A stretch of 64,000 nt of DNA from Chiloscyllium plagiosum (lineage: Eukaryota), in contig NC_057710.1 of the NCBI RefSeq assembly GCF_004010195.1, positions 95,132,381 through 95,196,380 on the forward strand, read 5' to 3'. Below the pieces are notes generated by a model. That model saw only the letters and a program-made list of their open reading frames with translations, was not told the DNA's origin and searched no databases. A program made the translations under genes and the position numbers. Each line of letters begins with the position of its first letter. Position 1 is the first letter of the stretch. Shown piece after piece: positions 23,725-35,800 of this stretch.

Positions 23725-24420
23725 AAAATCAGAATTGTTATGCTGCAGAAGGAGGCCATTTGGCCTATCGTGCCTGTACCAGTTATGTTACATCATGCCA
23801 ATCTCTTGCATTTTGCCCATATCTCTGCATACCATTTCTGTAGAGATTATCATCCAATGTCCTCCTGAATGTCCTATTTGATTCTGTCTCCACCGCATTG
23901 CCAGGTGGTGCATTGCATACCCTAATTAATCACTGAACGAAAACATTTATTCTCATATCTTCCGTGCTTTATTTGATTTAAACCTATGCCTTCCAATTTT
24001 TCTTTTATGAGCTGGAACAGCTTCTCCCTATCTACTCTATGCAGCCCGCATGTGATTTGAAAACATCTGTTGAAAGTCCTCTCGGCCTTCTTCTCTCCAA
24101 AGAGATAAGTCTCCAGGCTCCTCTCAGAACTGAGCTTTCTCATTCCTGGAACCATTCTTACAAATTGTTTCTGCACTCCCTCTGATATATTCAGATCTTT
24201 CCTATAATATGATACCCACAATTGTACATAATACTCCAGCTTATGTCTGACAAGAATTTTGTACAGGCTCAACATTACATCCTTGCTCTTGTACTCTATA
24301 TCCCTATCAATAAAGCTGGGAACAGTGTCTACTTTACCTGCCCTGCCACCTTCAATGATCTGCATGCATATACACCCAGGTCCTGCACCCCTTTAGAATT
24401 GCAACAATGTGTACTATGTG
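23725..24420 (-). mobile_element. CR1 LINE 3' end
   Basis: ORF 23922-24365 (IEYKSKDVMLSLYKILVRHKLEYYVQLW). Confidence 0.85.
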
Positions 24421-24429
24421 CATGATGCA

Positions 24430-24880
24430 ATGCCTCCTTCAATATCACCTTTCAAACATGCAACTTCTACCATTTAATCGGACAAGGGCATGACCTGTAA
24501 GTTCCTCTCCAAGTCTCACACTATCCTGATGTTGATTTTGTACTGTTATTCCTCCACTGTGCTGCATCAAAATCCTGGAACTAGCTCCCTAACAACACCA
24601 TGAGTGTACATACATCACATGAAGTACAATGATTCAAGATGGCAGCTTCCTACCACCTTGTGATGGGCAAGTCCAAGCTTGGTGTTGTACAAGTCTTGAT
24701 GGGAGTGAACATGGACTGTTTCAATAATAGAGGAATTGTGAAATGAAATGAATAATGCACAATCTTCAGGAAACAACCTCACTTCTGACCTTATGAAGGA
24801 GGAAAGATCATTGAAATAATTGAAAGATGGTGTCTTGAGACTGAAATGATTGCCTTCCAACAACTCAATTGGCCAAAGGT
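24430..24880. mobile_element. Family B LINE mosaic (+ strand 3' end, - strand RT piece)
   Basis: ORF 24615-24884 FNYFNDLSSFIRSEVRLFPEDC on minus; family B 3' UTR on plus at 24430-24670. Confidence 0.65.
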
Positions 24881-24899
24881 ACACTGCTGAGTTGTTAAG

Positions 24900-25545
24900 T
24901 ATTCAGTCCTGTTCTGGCTTGAGCCAAGTTTCTGTCAATATTACTATGCCACAACCCCCAGAGTGATTTCTGCTTCTAGTTCCCCAATTTTGTTCACTAT
25001 ACTCCATGCATTTTCCATTTGCATACATATAATTTAAATCTGTCCTTGTTCTTTTGTTACCCATGAAAAGGTGACCATTTCTTTGTTCACTATCAGCACT
25101 CAAGGTTTCCCTCATTCCCTTTCCCTGTTCATCTCTCTTTTGCTCTCCTGATAGCTCAAAACCAGACCACTTGGTCACTCTGCTCCCCAACACCTTCTCT
25201 GTAGTGAAGACCACTACACTTGCCTGTGCCCCTCTGACTTTCTTAAAGTTCTGGTATTCCTCTGATGTCTTCCATTGTGAAGTCTGATGCAAAGTACCTA
25301 TTCAGTTCCTCGGCCATTTGTTTGTTCCCCATACTACTTCTCCAGCCTCATTTTCCAGCAGTCCAATTTCCACTCTTACCTTTTATGTATCTAAAAATAC
25401 TCTTGCAATCTTCTTTTATGTTATTAGTTGTCTTACCCTCATATTTCATCTTCTCCCCCCTTATTGCTTTTCTCGTTATCCTCTGCTGGTTTTTAAAAGT
25501 TTCCCTTTCCTTTGTCTTCCCACTAAATTTTGTGATTTTATTCTG
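24900..25545 (-). mobile_element. CR1 ORF2 fragments (endonuclease start and linker)
   Basis: LNYMYANG...IVILTETWL at 24903-25040; 25180-25545 matches the CR1 segments at 6060-6400 and 14650-14940. Confidence 0.75.
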
Positions 25546-26394
25546 TTCAAGGCATGATGTATAAATGCAGGTTACTTTTGCTTTTTAGGTTTGGGGTTAA
25601 TCAAGTATGGTCTGTATTAACGGTCAAGAACAATAATGTCGCATGTTAATTTCTGTCACGAGGTGCATTATGAAAACCAGTTGAAATAAGTGAGTAAAAA
25701 ATGTTATTCTGTCCTTTCATCTTATTGTTGGTTAAATGAATCACCTCTGTGAAGAATGATCCCTTGGGCAAGCTATTGGCGCAGCTAGCATTTTAGCAGC
25801 AGACCCCAGCTGAAGTCAATATCTTCAGTGAAGCAGGGGAGAAAATGAGAAAATATAGATTAAACCAGAAAAGGCTGGACATATTTGCCTCCATTAAGTA
25901 AATCATCTCATAATTATTTTCTACAATTCAACAGAATGCCATGAAGTATGCTTGTCTCAAACAGTCAGGGAATTAAATCAAAATATGAGCTATTGAAATT
26001 ATGATACATATATAATTAATTCATCCATAGTATATGTGCAATGTTTTAAACTGGAGGCATTTATTCTATCCCATTTCTGTACCTTTTCCTCACCACATCT
26101 GGCATGTGACTGATCTGCTGGTTCATTGCTAAATCTGGCTTGAACAGCTGAGGAATTACCATGGCTCCCCTCTCTGGTATAACTTCCTGTTATTCTAAAA
26201 TTATCCTTCACAACAGTGGCAAGTTCAAAATGTCTATATTTTGCTATCAAGAAACATTGTGTCTTTCGTTCATCCATGATCCACTGTTGGCTCACATTCA
26301 AATTCAAAGAGCTCATGGAGTTCATGAATTTATTTGTGCTGAACCTTCCGAGTCACATGACTGCCCTATTGTATCCCTTAACTGTAATTTTTAA

Positions 26395-26735
26395 AAATTC
26401 ATTTGTGGGGTGTGGGTGCCACTGGCTGGCCAGCATTTATTACCCATCCCTAGTTGCCCTTGAGAAGATGGTTGTGAGTTGCCTTCTTGAATCTGCTGTC
26501 TGTTGACCCACAATGCCACTAGGGAGGAAATTCCAGGATTTTGACCCAGCAATATATTTCTGAGCATCAGTGGTGGAGAGAATGGATGCTTGTGGATGTA
26601 GTGCCAATCAAGCAGGCTGCTTTGTCCTGGGTGGTGTCAAGCTTCTTGACTGTTATTGGAGTTGCATTCATGCAGGCAGTATTCCATCACATTCTGATTT
26701 GTGCCTTGTAGATGGACAGGCTTTGGGGAGTCAAG
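26395..26735 (-). mobile_element. Family B LINE 3' end with deletions
   Basis: Matches 11625-12230 (CATTTGTGG..CACTGGCTGGCCAGCATTTATT..TGTGCCTTGTAGATGG). Confidence 0.8.
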
Positions 26736-29429
26736 CATTCTTATCATTTCTTCTCTTCCAAAACTACTCCCACCTATTATGCCAATAATTTCCCCACAAC
26801 AAAGATGGTGTCATCATTGAAGTTTCTGATCTGGGAAGTCCACTATCTCATCAGCAACTATCCTCCTAATCTGCTCTTTTTGATGCAAATTCCCCTTTTC
26901 ATTCCTCTGCTTGCTATTCACATCCATGGATCATCAACATCCGGGTTTATCTCTATATTATAACCCATTCCCACTATCCTATTATCAACCGACCTCAAAT
27001 CTTTTTTCTCTAAACTTCTCCAGTGTATTGTTGCCTCATAACTACACACCCATCTTTCCTGCTATTCTTTATACAGCAACTACTTCAGTCAAAGTTTCCC
27101 TCTTTATCCTTTTTGACCAAATTGCTGCTTTGACACAGTGATCATTCAATTGTGCTTAAATGTTTCTTCACAGTGCATTACTACTCTACTCTGCCCTTCA
27201 AAAGTGTCTCCTTAACAATATTATGGATCTTCCCATGGCTTATCCTCCCATGCATACATAGTCAATAAAGTCTTTATGGTGAGAATACCCAGCTTAATAC
27301 CTTCAGTCTTTTATTTTCACTCTAAGGTAAATTTGTTTGTCTATGCAATTTACTATTCTGACATGCATATTGGCTAAATTCTGCATAGATAAAACTGAAA
27401 TTATCCCCTTGAATTTAGGAACTATGTATATTTTCTCTTCCAACCCATGTAACCTCTTTGATTGAAGCTTCTGCAAAGCTTAATCATCTGAAACTTTGAA
27501 ATATTGTCTTATCCAAGGCTTAGATTTCTCCCACATCTATTTTGCTACCAAGAGATTAAACCTATTATGCTTTGTGACAAAATTCTGCTTCATAATTCAA
27601 ATGGTTTGGTGTAGTACTGCTAGTTATATGGGTTAAAGTTTAACTGCAGAAAATTGGGACATTCATTTGATAAACTGGTGAAAATGAAACTGATGTAAAT
27701 GCAAATCAAACCAGCTGGGTTTAATAGGCTTATAAAGTAATCTCCATTTGTCTTGCAAGGTCAGAGTTGATTGTTAAAAAAAACTTGAACAATGAATGTT
27801 CCATCTCTAAGCTTGTAACAGAGCCTGGGAGTATGGAAAAAGTCATAAAACTCCATTAGCAATCAGGTAAGGGGCGTCTTATCAACCCACAGGGCTGCTC
27901 TTCAGAGAGCAATGACTGCTGGTGGACAGAATCAAAGTGAGTTCACAGGTGAAGGGGAAAGGAGTATAACATTCCTCAAATAGATCTCCCACTGGCCTTC
28001 CACCATCTGATACTTTCCAGGATTTTATAATTGGACAGGTGAGGCTTAGGTTGGATCACACTTCACCAATTTAGGCTCTTCAGTAGTCGATTGATGACTA
28101 CGTAAAAGTTGTTTCCAGTGCCGCCTCATCTTCCAGAGTGGCAGGAAGTTCAGGGATGAGTGGGTACTTGAAATGTGACTCCAATCAGGCCATGTTTGGG
28201 GGAGGAACACCACTTTCAGCAGCCTCCTTTCAACATTGGATGTCCCACAAGGCCTTCCTGTTGCAGATGGTATCTTCCTTCAGCTTTGCCATTAACATCC
28301 TTATCCTGGATTCCTGGGACTTAAGACTCATGCGATTGCTTGTTGCTCCAGAGCTTTCCAATGCATCTGCCAGCACTGCTGGGTCTAGAGAGCTGCTGCC
28401 AGTCAGAATGAGGTGAGACTTCCTTTTGATTAATGGACACAAGTCTCATCTCCAGCCATTGGCTGTGAAGCAGTGATCGCTGGTAATGATGCACTCACCA
28501 CCAATTCTTTGGGCAGTCGTAAAGGAAACCTCACCATCATAAAAATCCTGGCAAAAGAGTTATGTTGAAGGTGATTGAATTTCTTTACATTTCTGCTTGA
28601 ATCAATGGCAAAGCACCCCATCTCTCCAAGAGCTAGTTAATCAGGGTCGAGTCTCAGTGAGAAGAATCTTCCACTTGGTTTATTTAGTACGTTTACTGAC
28701 AGAAGCAAGTAGTTCAGTTTGGGAGCTGACAGAAACATTTGAAGAACTAAAGGAAATGAATATTAGCCAGACCTACATTTAAGGTGAGAAAATATCAACT
28801 TTTTTGTTATTTTGGAGTGCAGGTGGAGACTTGTGCACAGTTTGGAAATTGTGAGATGACATCAAGCTGAAGCCAAGTTTGAAGGTGCTACAGTGATCCT
28901 CACAGAGCCTAATAAAGGAAATCAATCAGCTTGAATAGTTAACTAGGAAAAAAAACTGTCCAGAAGTTATAGAAACAGCTGGAAAAATCAATTTACGTAT
29001 GTCCAAACTCAACATGTGGGGCTAAAGAATCCACAGGCCTAATATCTTGAAAACAATGGAGAGTGATTCAACCAAAACTTAATGAAGTTTCCCCATAAAT
29101 CTTGTGCCTTGGAGAAAGCTAAAGTATCAAGGAGAATCAAAGTCATTTCTAGACGAATGTGGCACACCTTTGTCCCAGGAAAAATGAATTCATTTCAAGA
29201 TCCTTTTAAGATAAGGAGCTTTTAGTCTAAGTAAAAAGTAAAACTTAATTCACAACACATAAAATGTAAAAATAAATTACAGTGTCAATAGTCCTTACTT
29301 TGTCTAATTCTTTTTGATATAAAATAACGTTTGTTAAATTGAAACCTGTAACATTTTGTAACATAGTTCTGTCAGCTAATTGATGGGTGTGAGAGTTTTT
29401 CTTTAAATGTCCATAATGTATCAGTAACA

Positions 29430-29950
29430 CTTTCAGACATTGCTTGTTTTACATCATCAAAACTCCTCTACTGTTCAATATTAATTCATCCCCTTATCAT
29501 CTCAAAACCTGACTGCTGTAATGTTGCTATCAGGTTCCCATGCTACCACCTTGCATGAATTGGAACTTGTTCAGAATGCTCTACCAGCATCTTAACTTTC
29601 ATATTCCTGCTTCTGAATTCAGCAATACCTTGTGACATATTGAAATGAATTTAAGATCTTTTACCTTCTTGGTCTGACCATATTATATCTCACCAGCTTC
29701 CTTTAGGATCTTCTTTCTTTTATTCTGTTGATATAGGTCCACTCCTTCTTCCACCTCTTATTAACATCAGTGACAAGAGTTATTATTTCAGCCACTATTC
29801 AGACTAAAGTCTTCCCATTTTTATTCCAACTTCCAAATTGTTTTTTCAAAATTTTTTTCCACTGCTTCATCGGCTTATTCAATTTGTTCTGTTCTTGCCC
29901 TCTAGCTACAATGCACCCTAAAACGCATTTCCAATTTTAAGAACAGTAAG
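29430..29950 (+). mobile_element. L2 LINE 3' relic
   Basis: Degenerate LIH.LI.S..DCCN....LHELELVQNA motif, resembling L2 ORF2 LIHAF.TSRLDYCN..LQLVQNAAAR. Confidence 0.5.
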
Positions 29951-30009
29951 TAAGCATAAGGAGGAAATTAATGAAGAAAGTCAATAATCGCTCAGAAGGA
30001 TTGCAGTGG

Positions 30010-30333
30010 TGCAGCAAGGTGGCTCAGTGCTTAGCACTGCAGCCTCACAGTGCCAGGGACCTGGATTCAATTCCACCCTCAGGTGACTGTCTGTGTGGAG
30101 GTTGCACATTCTCCCCATCTTTGTGTGGGTCTCCTCTGCAGTCTAAAGATGTGCAGGTTAGATGGATTGGCCATGCTAAATTTCCTATGATATGCAGGCT
30201 AGATGTGCATTCCATGTGAAATGCAGGGTTACAGAGATAGGATGGAGAGTGGCTCTGGGTGGGATGCTCTTCAGAGAGTCAGTGTGGACTCATTGGGCCA
30301 AATGGCCTGCTTCCACACTGTAGGGATTCTATG
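30010..30333 (+). mobile_element. HE1-type SINE
   Basis: GGTGGCTCAGTG.TTAGCACTGC.GCCTCACAG.GCCAGGGACCTGGATTCAATTCC head; tail CACACTGTAGGGATTCTATG. Confidence 0.9.
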
Positions 30334-30649
30334 GTGATAAATCCCATCCACTTGTAATGATGTAGGCAAAGAAGCTTGGTTCAGAATCCCTATTTCCAAT
30401 CCAGATGAGATGAAAAGTTACATTCTTCCCCTCACATGATCTTTCAGGTCCAACCTCCAATACAGGATCCATCCCAACAAACACCGTCTGGCAAACCATG
30501 CTGGCAGCATCAGAGTGAAATATTGTCCAAGCCACATTGCCTCTTTATAGCAATAACTGCTGTATTCTGACAAGTAAATGTTTAAAGGGCCAAAACCATT
30601 TTGGTACTGATTGAGGGAAGTTAGATGTGTTAGGAAAATAGTTCAAGAG

Positions 30650-30858
30650 CAAAAACAGAAATTGCTGGAGAAACTCAGCAGGTCTGGCAACATCTGTAAA
30701 GAAACAGCAAAATTAACATTTTAAGTCGAGTAACTCTTCTTCACAAGGTCCAGGATCATTGGATTTTGAAACATTAACTTTTGATTTCTCTCCAGATACT
30801 GCCAGACCTGCTCAGTTTCTCTGGCTATTTGTGTTTTTGTTTCAGATTTCCAGCACCC
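30650..30858. mobile_element. Fold-back PLE-terminus element, older family
   Basis: Inverted arms GAGAAACTCAGCAGGTCTGGCA / TGCCAGACCTGCTCAGTTTCTC; decayed hammerhead-like TGAAGA-AGAGT..ACTT-AAA on the minus strand near the centre. Confidence 0.7.
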
Positions 30859-30859
30859 A

Positions 30860-31430
30860 CGGGTGAAGAAATTGCTTCTCATGTCAATCCTAAATGTCCT
30901 ACCCTGAATGCATAAACTGTGACCCCCGGTTCCTCAATCATCAGGGACATTCTTTCTATCCTTAGCCTGTCCTGTCCTATTCAAGTTTTATAGGTTTCTT
31001 TTAGATTCCCCTTTATTCTTCTAAATTCCAATGAATATAATCTTAACCAAATTAATCTTTTTTTCGTATGTCAGTCCTGCCATCCCAGGAATTCATTGCA
31101 CACTTTCCATATCCCTTGCTCCTGTAATTGAAACCTCTTACTGTGAAGGCCATCATACTATGTGCATCCTTCACAGCTGGCTGCACTTGCATGCTTACCT
31201 TCAGCAAATGATCTCCAAGGACACCCAAGTTTTATTACACTTCCCCCCCTTTCTCAATGTATCTCCATTCAGATAATAGTAAGTCTTTCATTATTTGCCA
31301 CCAGAGTGGGTAACTTCACATTTATCCACATTATAACTCATTTGCCCATTCACTCAACTTGCCCAAATTACAATGAAGCATCTCTGCATCCTCCTCAGAG
31401 CTCATCCTCCTACCCAGCCTTGTGCCACTT
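30860..31430 (-). mobile_element. CR1 LINE fragment with deletions
   Basis: ORF2 C-terminal motifs on the minus strand, ending at the (D)DTK.GR.. position near 31428. Confidence 0.7.
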
Positions 31431-31433
31431 TTA

Positions 31434-32681
31434 TGTGATGCTTTTCACCATCGTCTGCTGCATCAGAGAGGTGACAGGTACCCTTCATACCAGAATAGGA
31501 GATGGTTCATTTTATTGTCTCTGACCAGAGAAAAGCAGATGAAGGCTGTATATAGCTTTGCCAGAAAAGTAAGCAACCCCATAGCGCAAAGTGCTATCAA
31601 CTTTTGTGCACTGCATTGCAATCTTGAGACGTATATGTGACTATGCTCAGTGATTCCTGGAGTGCTAATGCTAATTTGCTTGTATTTCGATGACTTTATG
31701 AGCAGATAGAATAATCATTGAGGAGATGAAGGCTGCTTTCAGTTGGAAGGATCAAGGTCTTTTTTGCTTAGGGGAAACACCCATACATTAGAAAATCATT
31801 CGGTTTGAACTTGTAGGAGCCCTGGCCAAAGTTAGAAGTAAGGAAACAGATCTCCTGCAACAAATAATTAGGTTAGAAAATTTTTTAAAAAGGGAACGTT
31901 ACCTCAGTGTAAGTTCCAGACTAGAAGTATTTGGTTAAACCCCTGATGGAGTTATTTGAAGTCTATGCTTAGTTGTGTGAATTTGTTTTTATTATTTGTT
32001 CATGTCGCTGGCTGGGCCAGCATTTATTGTCAACTCCTGACCATCCAGAAGGTAGTTAAGAGTCAACCACATTGTTATGGGTCTGAAGTCACATGTAGGC
32101 CAGACTAGGTAAGGATGGCAGTTTCCTTCCCTAAAGCACATTAATAAACCAGATGGGTTTCCCCCCAACAATCTTTCCCACTCTCTTAATTCCAATGCCT
32201 ACCATGGCAGGATTTGAACGCAGGTCCCTAGAACATTCCCTGAATTAACATGTCAAGTGATAATGCTACTAGGCTATCCTAGTACTCAAAGAAGAGGCTA
32301 TTAAACTCTCAAGACTGGGAATTTAAAACAACAGTAAATTCTAAACTATGGGAATTATAGGGAAGTGGATTTTCTCTGGTGTTTGAGTGCTGTAAAGAGA
32401 TCCTATGGAATACTGTATATGGAATATTGTATTTTATTATGCGTTGCAAAATCTTTCAAATTGTGATATAGTAATTACCTTGGTTTATTCCATTTCATCT
32501 TACTTTCTTTTAGATATTAAGCATTTATTTTATTGTTAAAACTAGTTTTGCAGCATTGTGTGCTTGATTTCAGTGAAAGACAACTTCATTAAATAAAAGC
32601 AAATCCAAACATGGTCTATCAAGCCAGATTTCGGTGTGGGACCTGACTTATTCAGGATTAACATGAGCTGGGATCTGAGCA
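31434..32681 (+). mobile_element. Probable solo LTR, interrupted by a SINE-like insertion
   Basis: Starts TGTGATG, ends ..GCTGGGATCTGAGCA; AT-rich U3/R-like segment with AATAAA; resembles shark Gypsy LTR ends from memory only; no TSD seen. Confidence 0.4.
31990..32280 (-). mobile_element. Non-autonomous SINE-like derivative of family B (tRNA-like head + 5' UTR piece + 3' tail)
   Basis: Minus strand: GCGTTCAAATCC B-box-like, then AGGGAAGGAAACTGCCATCCTTACC..GTTGACTCTTAACT (shared with 12790-12890), then AATGCTGGCCCAGCCAGCGAC tail. Confidence 0.65.
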
Positions 32682-32725
32682 AAGGTCATAAAACTTACAT
32701 TAAATTGATGCCTGCTGTTCCCTCA

Positions 32726-33441
32726 GCACTTGAGACACCATGTGAAATTATGTGGGGACAACATGCATTCGCAGCATGACTTGTTAATGGGTTGTTTGCT
32801 CACTTTCACAAGGGAGACTACAAATTGCCTTGGAGGATACCCTCAATTAGTTCTGGGCCTAGAGGCCAATTTTGTACACTGCCATCTTGGCATGGGTGGT
32901 AACAGTCTGGACTGACTGCCTGTTAGATAACAGCAAGGACATTGGAGCGTGACTGAAAAAAAGCTTCATTCCACATGGAATCACCACCACCCCACAGCAG
33001 TGGACTGCTTCAGTTATTTTAATAATGTGTGGAGCACAGACTGCTGGACTGGTCGAAAACCGTGCAAGCTCCTTTGAGCATTAGGATCTGCAGCTGAGCC
33101 TGCACGGTAACAAGCTAAGACTTCATGACCTCAAGCTGAGCTTCCAGTGCAGCACGAGGCTTCAGCTTGTGTGCCAATAAAAGCTAAGCACATCAGACAC
33201 TGCACCATGCTTGGGTATATAATGACTGTCATACAGTTAGTCTCTGTCTCCACTCTAGACAGGGTGCACAGATGATGTTTTGGCCTCAAAACAGTTCCTT
33301 TAGTACTGAAACTATGCACTTGAGACACCATGTGAAATTATGTGGGGACAAGATGCATTCGCAGCATGACTTGTTAATGGGTTATTTTCTCATTTTCACA
33401 AGGGAGACTACAGATTGCTTCGGAGGATACCCTCAATTAGT
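32726..33441 (+). repeat. 126-bp direct duplication (32726-32851 / 33316-33441)
   Basis: 7 mismatches in 126 bp by manual alignment, no indels, 590-bp offset. Confidence 0.95.
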
Positions 33442-33574
33442 AATACATCACAGAATCCAATTCAACAGTCAAACTATTGTTTTGTTGTAGACACTGTCAC
33501 ATTTTTATGTAATCCTGTGTAAAATTCCTCATTTATAGGTAGGATGTATGCTCAGAGAAGCTTTCACACACAAC

Positions 33575-33946
33575 GGTAAGTTAAGGAATTTATGCTGAAT
33601 ATTTATAAAGCTCTGGTTCGGCAACAACTAGAGTATTACACCCAGTTCTGGTCACCACTCTTTGGTTAAAAACTTCAGGATTCTTGACAGGATACATAAG
33701 ACATTTATCAAAATTGTTTCAGGAATTGTGTATTTCAGACACAAGGTTATGTTGGCAATGCTGAAGTTGTTGGTCTTGCATCAATAGAGATTGAAGGGAG
33801 ATTTGATAGATGTGCGCACGATTATGCGAGGTTTAAATAAGGTAGACAAGGAAAATCCATTCTCATTTGCTGATGACACAAAGATGGGGGGTCTCAGATT
33901 TAAGATTTTCACAGAAAATACAGGGAAAATGGAAGGAAAAACATTT
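33575..33946 (+). mobile_element. CR1 ORF2 C-terminal fragment
   Basis: MLNIYKALVRQQLEYYTQFWSP..RLKGDLIDVRTIMRGLNKVDKE. Confidence 0.8.
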
Positions 33947-34729
33947 TGTGATGGTGCAGATGTCGAAATCCTCTGCGAATGAAAACCAAAACACCCAGAA
34001 AAGCTCACCTCGCCATCTGCTAGAAGTGTGAATGAGTGAAAGAAAACCCCTGATTTCCACTGTTTAAAGAAAATAAAAGTGACCACCACCAATAACTACT
34101 AACAAACCTGAGCCACTTTTTTCTTAACTAATCACTATCTGACCCCAACTCTATTAAACATTACATTTACTTAATTTCTCGAAGTCCAGACAATCTGCTA
34201 TGCTGTCTTCCTTCCGGTATTCTGAACTTGCTGCTTCCTTTCGTCCTACCAATGCTGCTGTCGTTACCTTCTTACTTTTTACTGTGAGTGTCTTTGTATA
34301 AAATTTCTTGGTACCTTTAATCAATGATGCCTTCTAAGAGATTTCTTTTGAGAGCGAGATATTTATTTCTTCGGATGGCAGTTGGCTCTCCAGTTCAATG
34401 GGCAGTTAGCTCTGACCAATTTTCAAAATGCCCTTCCTTTTTAAACCCCCAGCATCATACCCTCTCATTGGTCCAATGTTGTCAATACAATAAATTAAAA
34501 TTCATTTGGTTTTTGGTATCTTGGGCATAATTTAAATTCATTGGTTAAATTCAAATCCCGTTGCCTTAACATAAAAACACAACCCCAAGCCAATTGTGAC
34601 ATATTATCAATTCTCAGCACTCTCTACTCCTGTCAGCTAATCACAGGCACACAGGACTGTCATAATCTCTCAGCTCAGAGAAGGCACCTCTCTCTTAAAG
34701 TGACCATACACACTTTGCACTTCATAACA
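33947..34729 (-). mobile_element. Gypsy-type LTR (probable 3' LTR)
   Basis: TG..CA ends with imperfect terminal IR (TGTTATG..CATCACA on minus); preceded on minus by a purine run AAAGGGG and ~170 bp of AT-rich internal sequence (34730-34897). Confidence 0.55.
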
Positions 34730-34897
34730 TGTACCCCTTTAATAAAAAATGAACAATCATAATGGAATGATGACTTCATTTTTTGCCTTCTAAATCTCAA
34801 TGCTATTATTATTAAATACATATGTTATTAATTTAAGTTATACCTTTTGTATTAATTCTGCACACATACACAACATTGGACTGTATTGGTTGAATCT

Positions 34898-35800
34898 TGT
34901 AAGACCATAAGAACATAAGACATAGGAGCAGAAATTAGAACATTCGGCACATTGAGTCTGCTCTGCCATTCAATCATGGCTGATAGGTTTTCTACATTTT
35001 CCTGCTTTCTCCTTGTAACCTTTCATCATCATGGCAATCAAAACTTGTTTAAATATACTCAATGACCTGGCCTCCACAGCCTTCTATGGCAATGAATTCC
35101 ACAAATTCACCACTCTCTGGTTAAAGAACTTTTTCCTTATGTCCATCTAAATGTTCTTCCATTATTCTAAGGTTGCACCCTCAGGTCTTTGTCTCTCCTA
35201 CCAATGGGAACTACTTCCCAACGTCCACTCTGTCCAGGCCATTTGGTATTCTGAAAGTTTCAATAAGATCTCCCCTCATCCTTCTAAACTCCATCGAGGA
35301 TAATTCCAGAGTCCTCAAAGGTTCCTCATATGTAAAGCCTTTCATTCCTGGCATCATTCTCATGAACCTCCTCTGGACTCTTTCCAGCGTCAATAAACTT
35401 TGCTGAGGTATGGGCCCAAAACTGCTCAGAATACTCTAAATGTGGTCTGGCCAGACCCTTATAAAGCCTCAGAAGTACATTCCTGCTTTTATATTTGAGT
35501 CCTCTTGAGATGAATGCCAACATTGCATTTGCCTTCCTAACTACCGACTTAACCTGCAAGTTTACCCGAAGAGAAAACTGGACCAGGACTCCCAAGTACT
35601 TTTGCACTTCAGATTTCTGAATTTTCTCCCCAATTAGAAAATAGTCCATGCCTCTATCCTTCCTACCAAAGTGCATGACCTCACACTTTCCCATGTTGTA
35701 TTTCATCTGCCACTTCTTTCTCCACTTTGCTAAACTGTCTAAAATTTCTGCTGTCTCCCCACCTCCTCAATACCACCTGCCCCTCTGCCCATTTTTGTTT
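34898..35800 (-). mobile_element. CR1 LINE 3' ~0.9 kb, running into the minisatellite
   Basis: ORFs 35326-35706 (MKYNMGKCEVMHFGRK..VRKANAMLAFISRGL.YKS..LLRLYK.L.RPHLEY) and 35211-35393; (TCTTATG)n tail. Confidence 0.92.

Noticed and set aside
33860-33895. FADDTKMGG RT catalytic-like motif in ORF 33791-33982
   Set aside because: It lies at the position of the ORF2 C-terminal LFPL....TRGH segment, far downstream of the real FADD; most likely a chance resemblance in a decayed copy.
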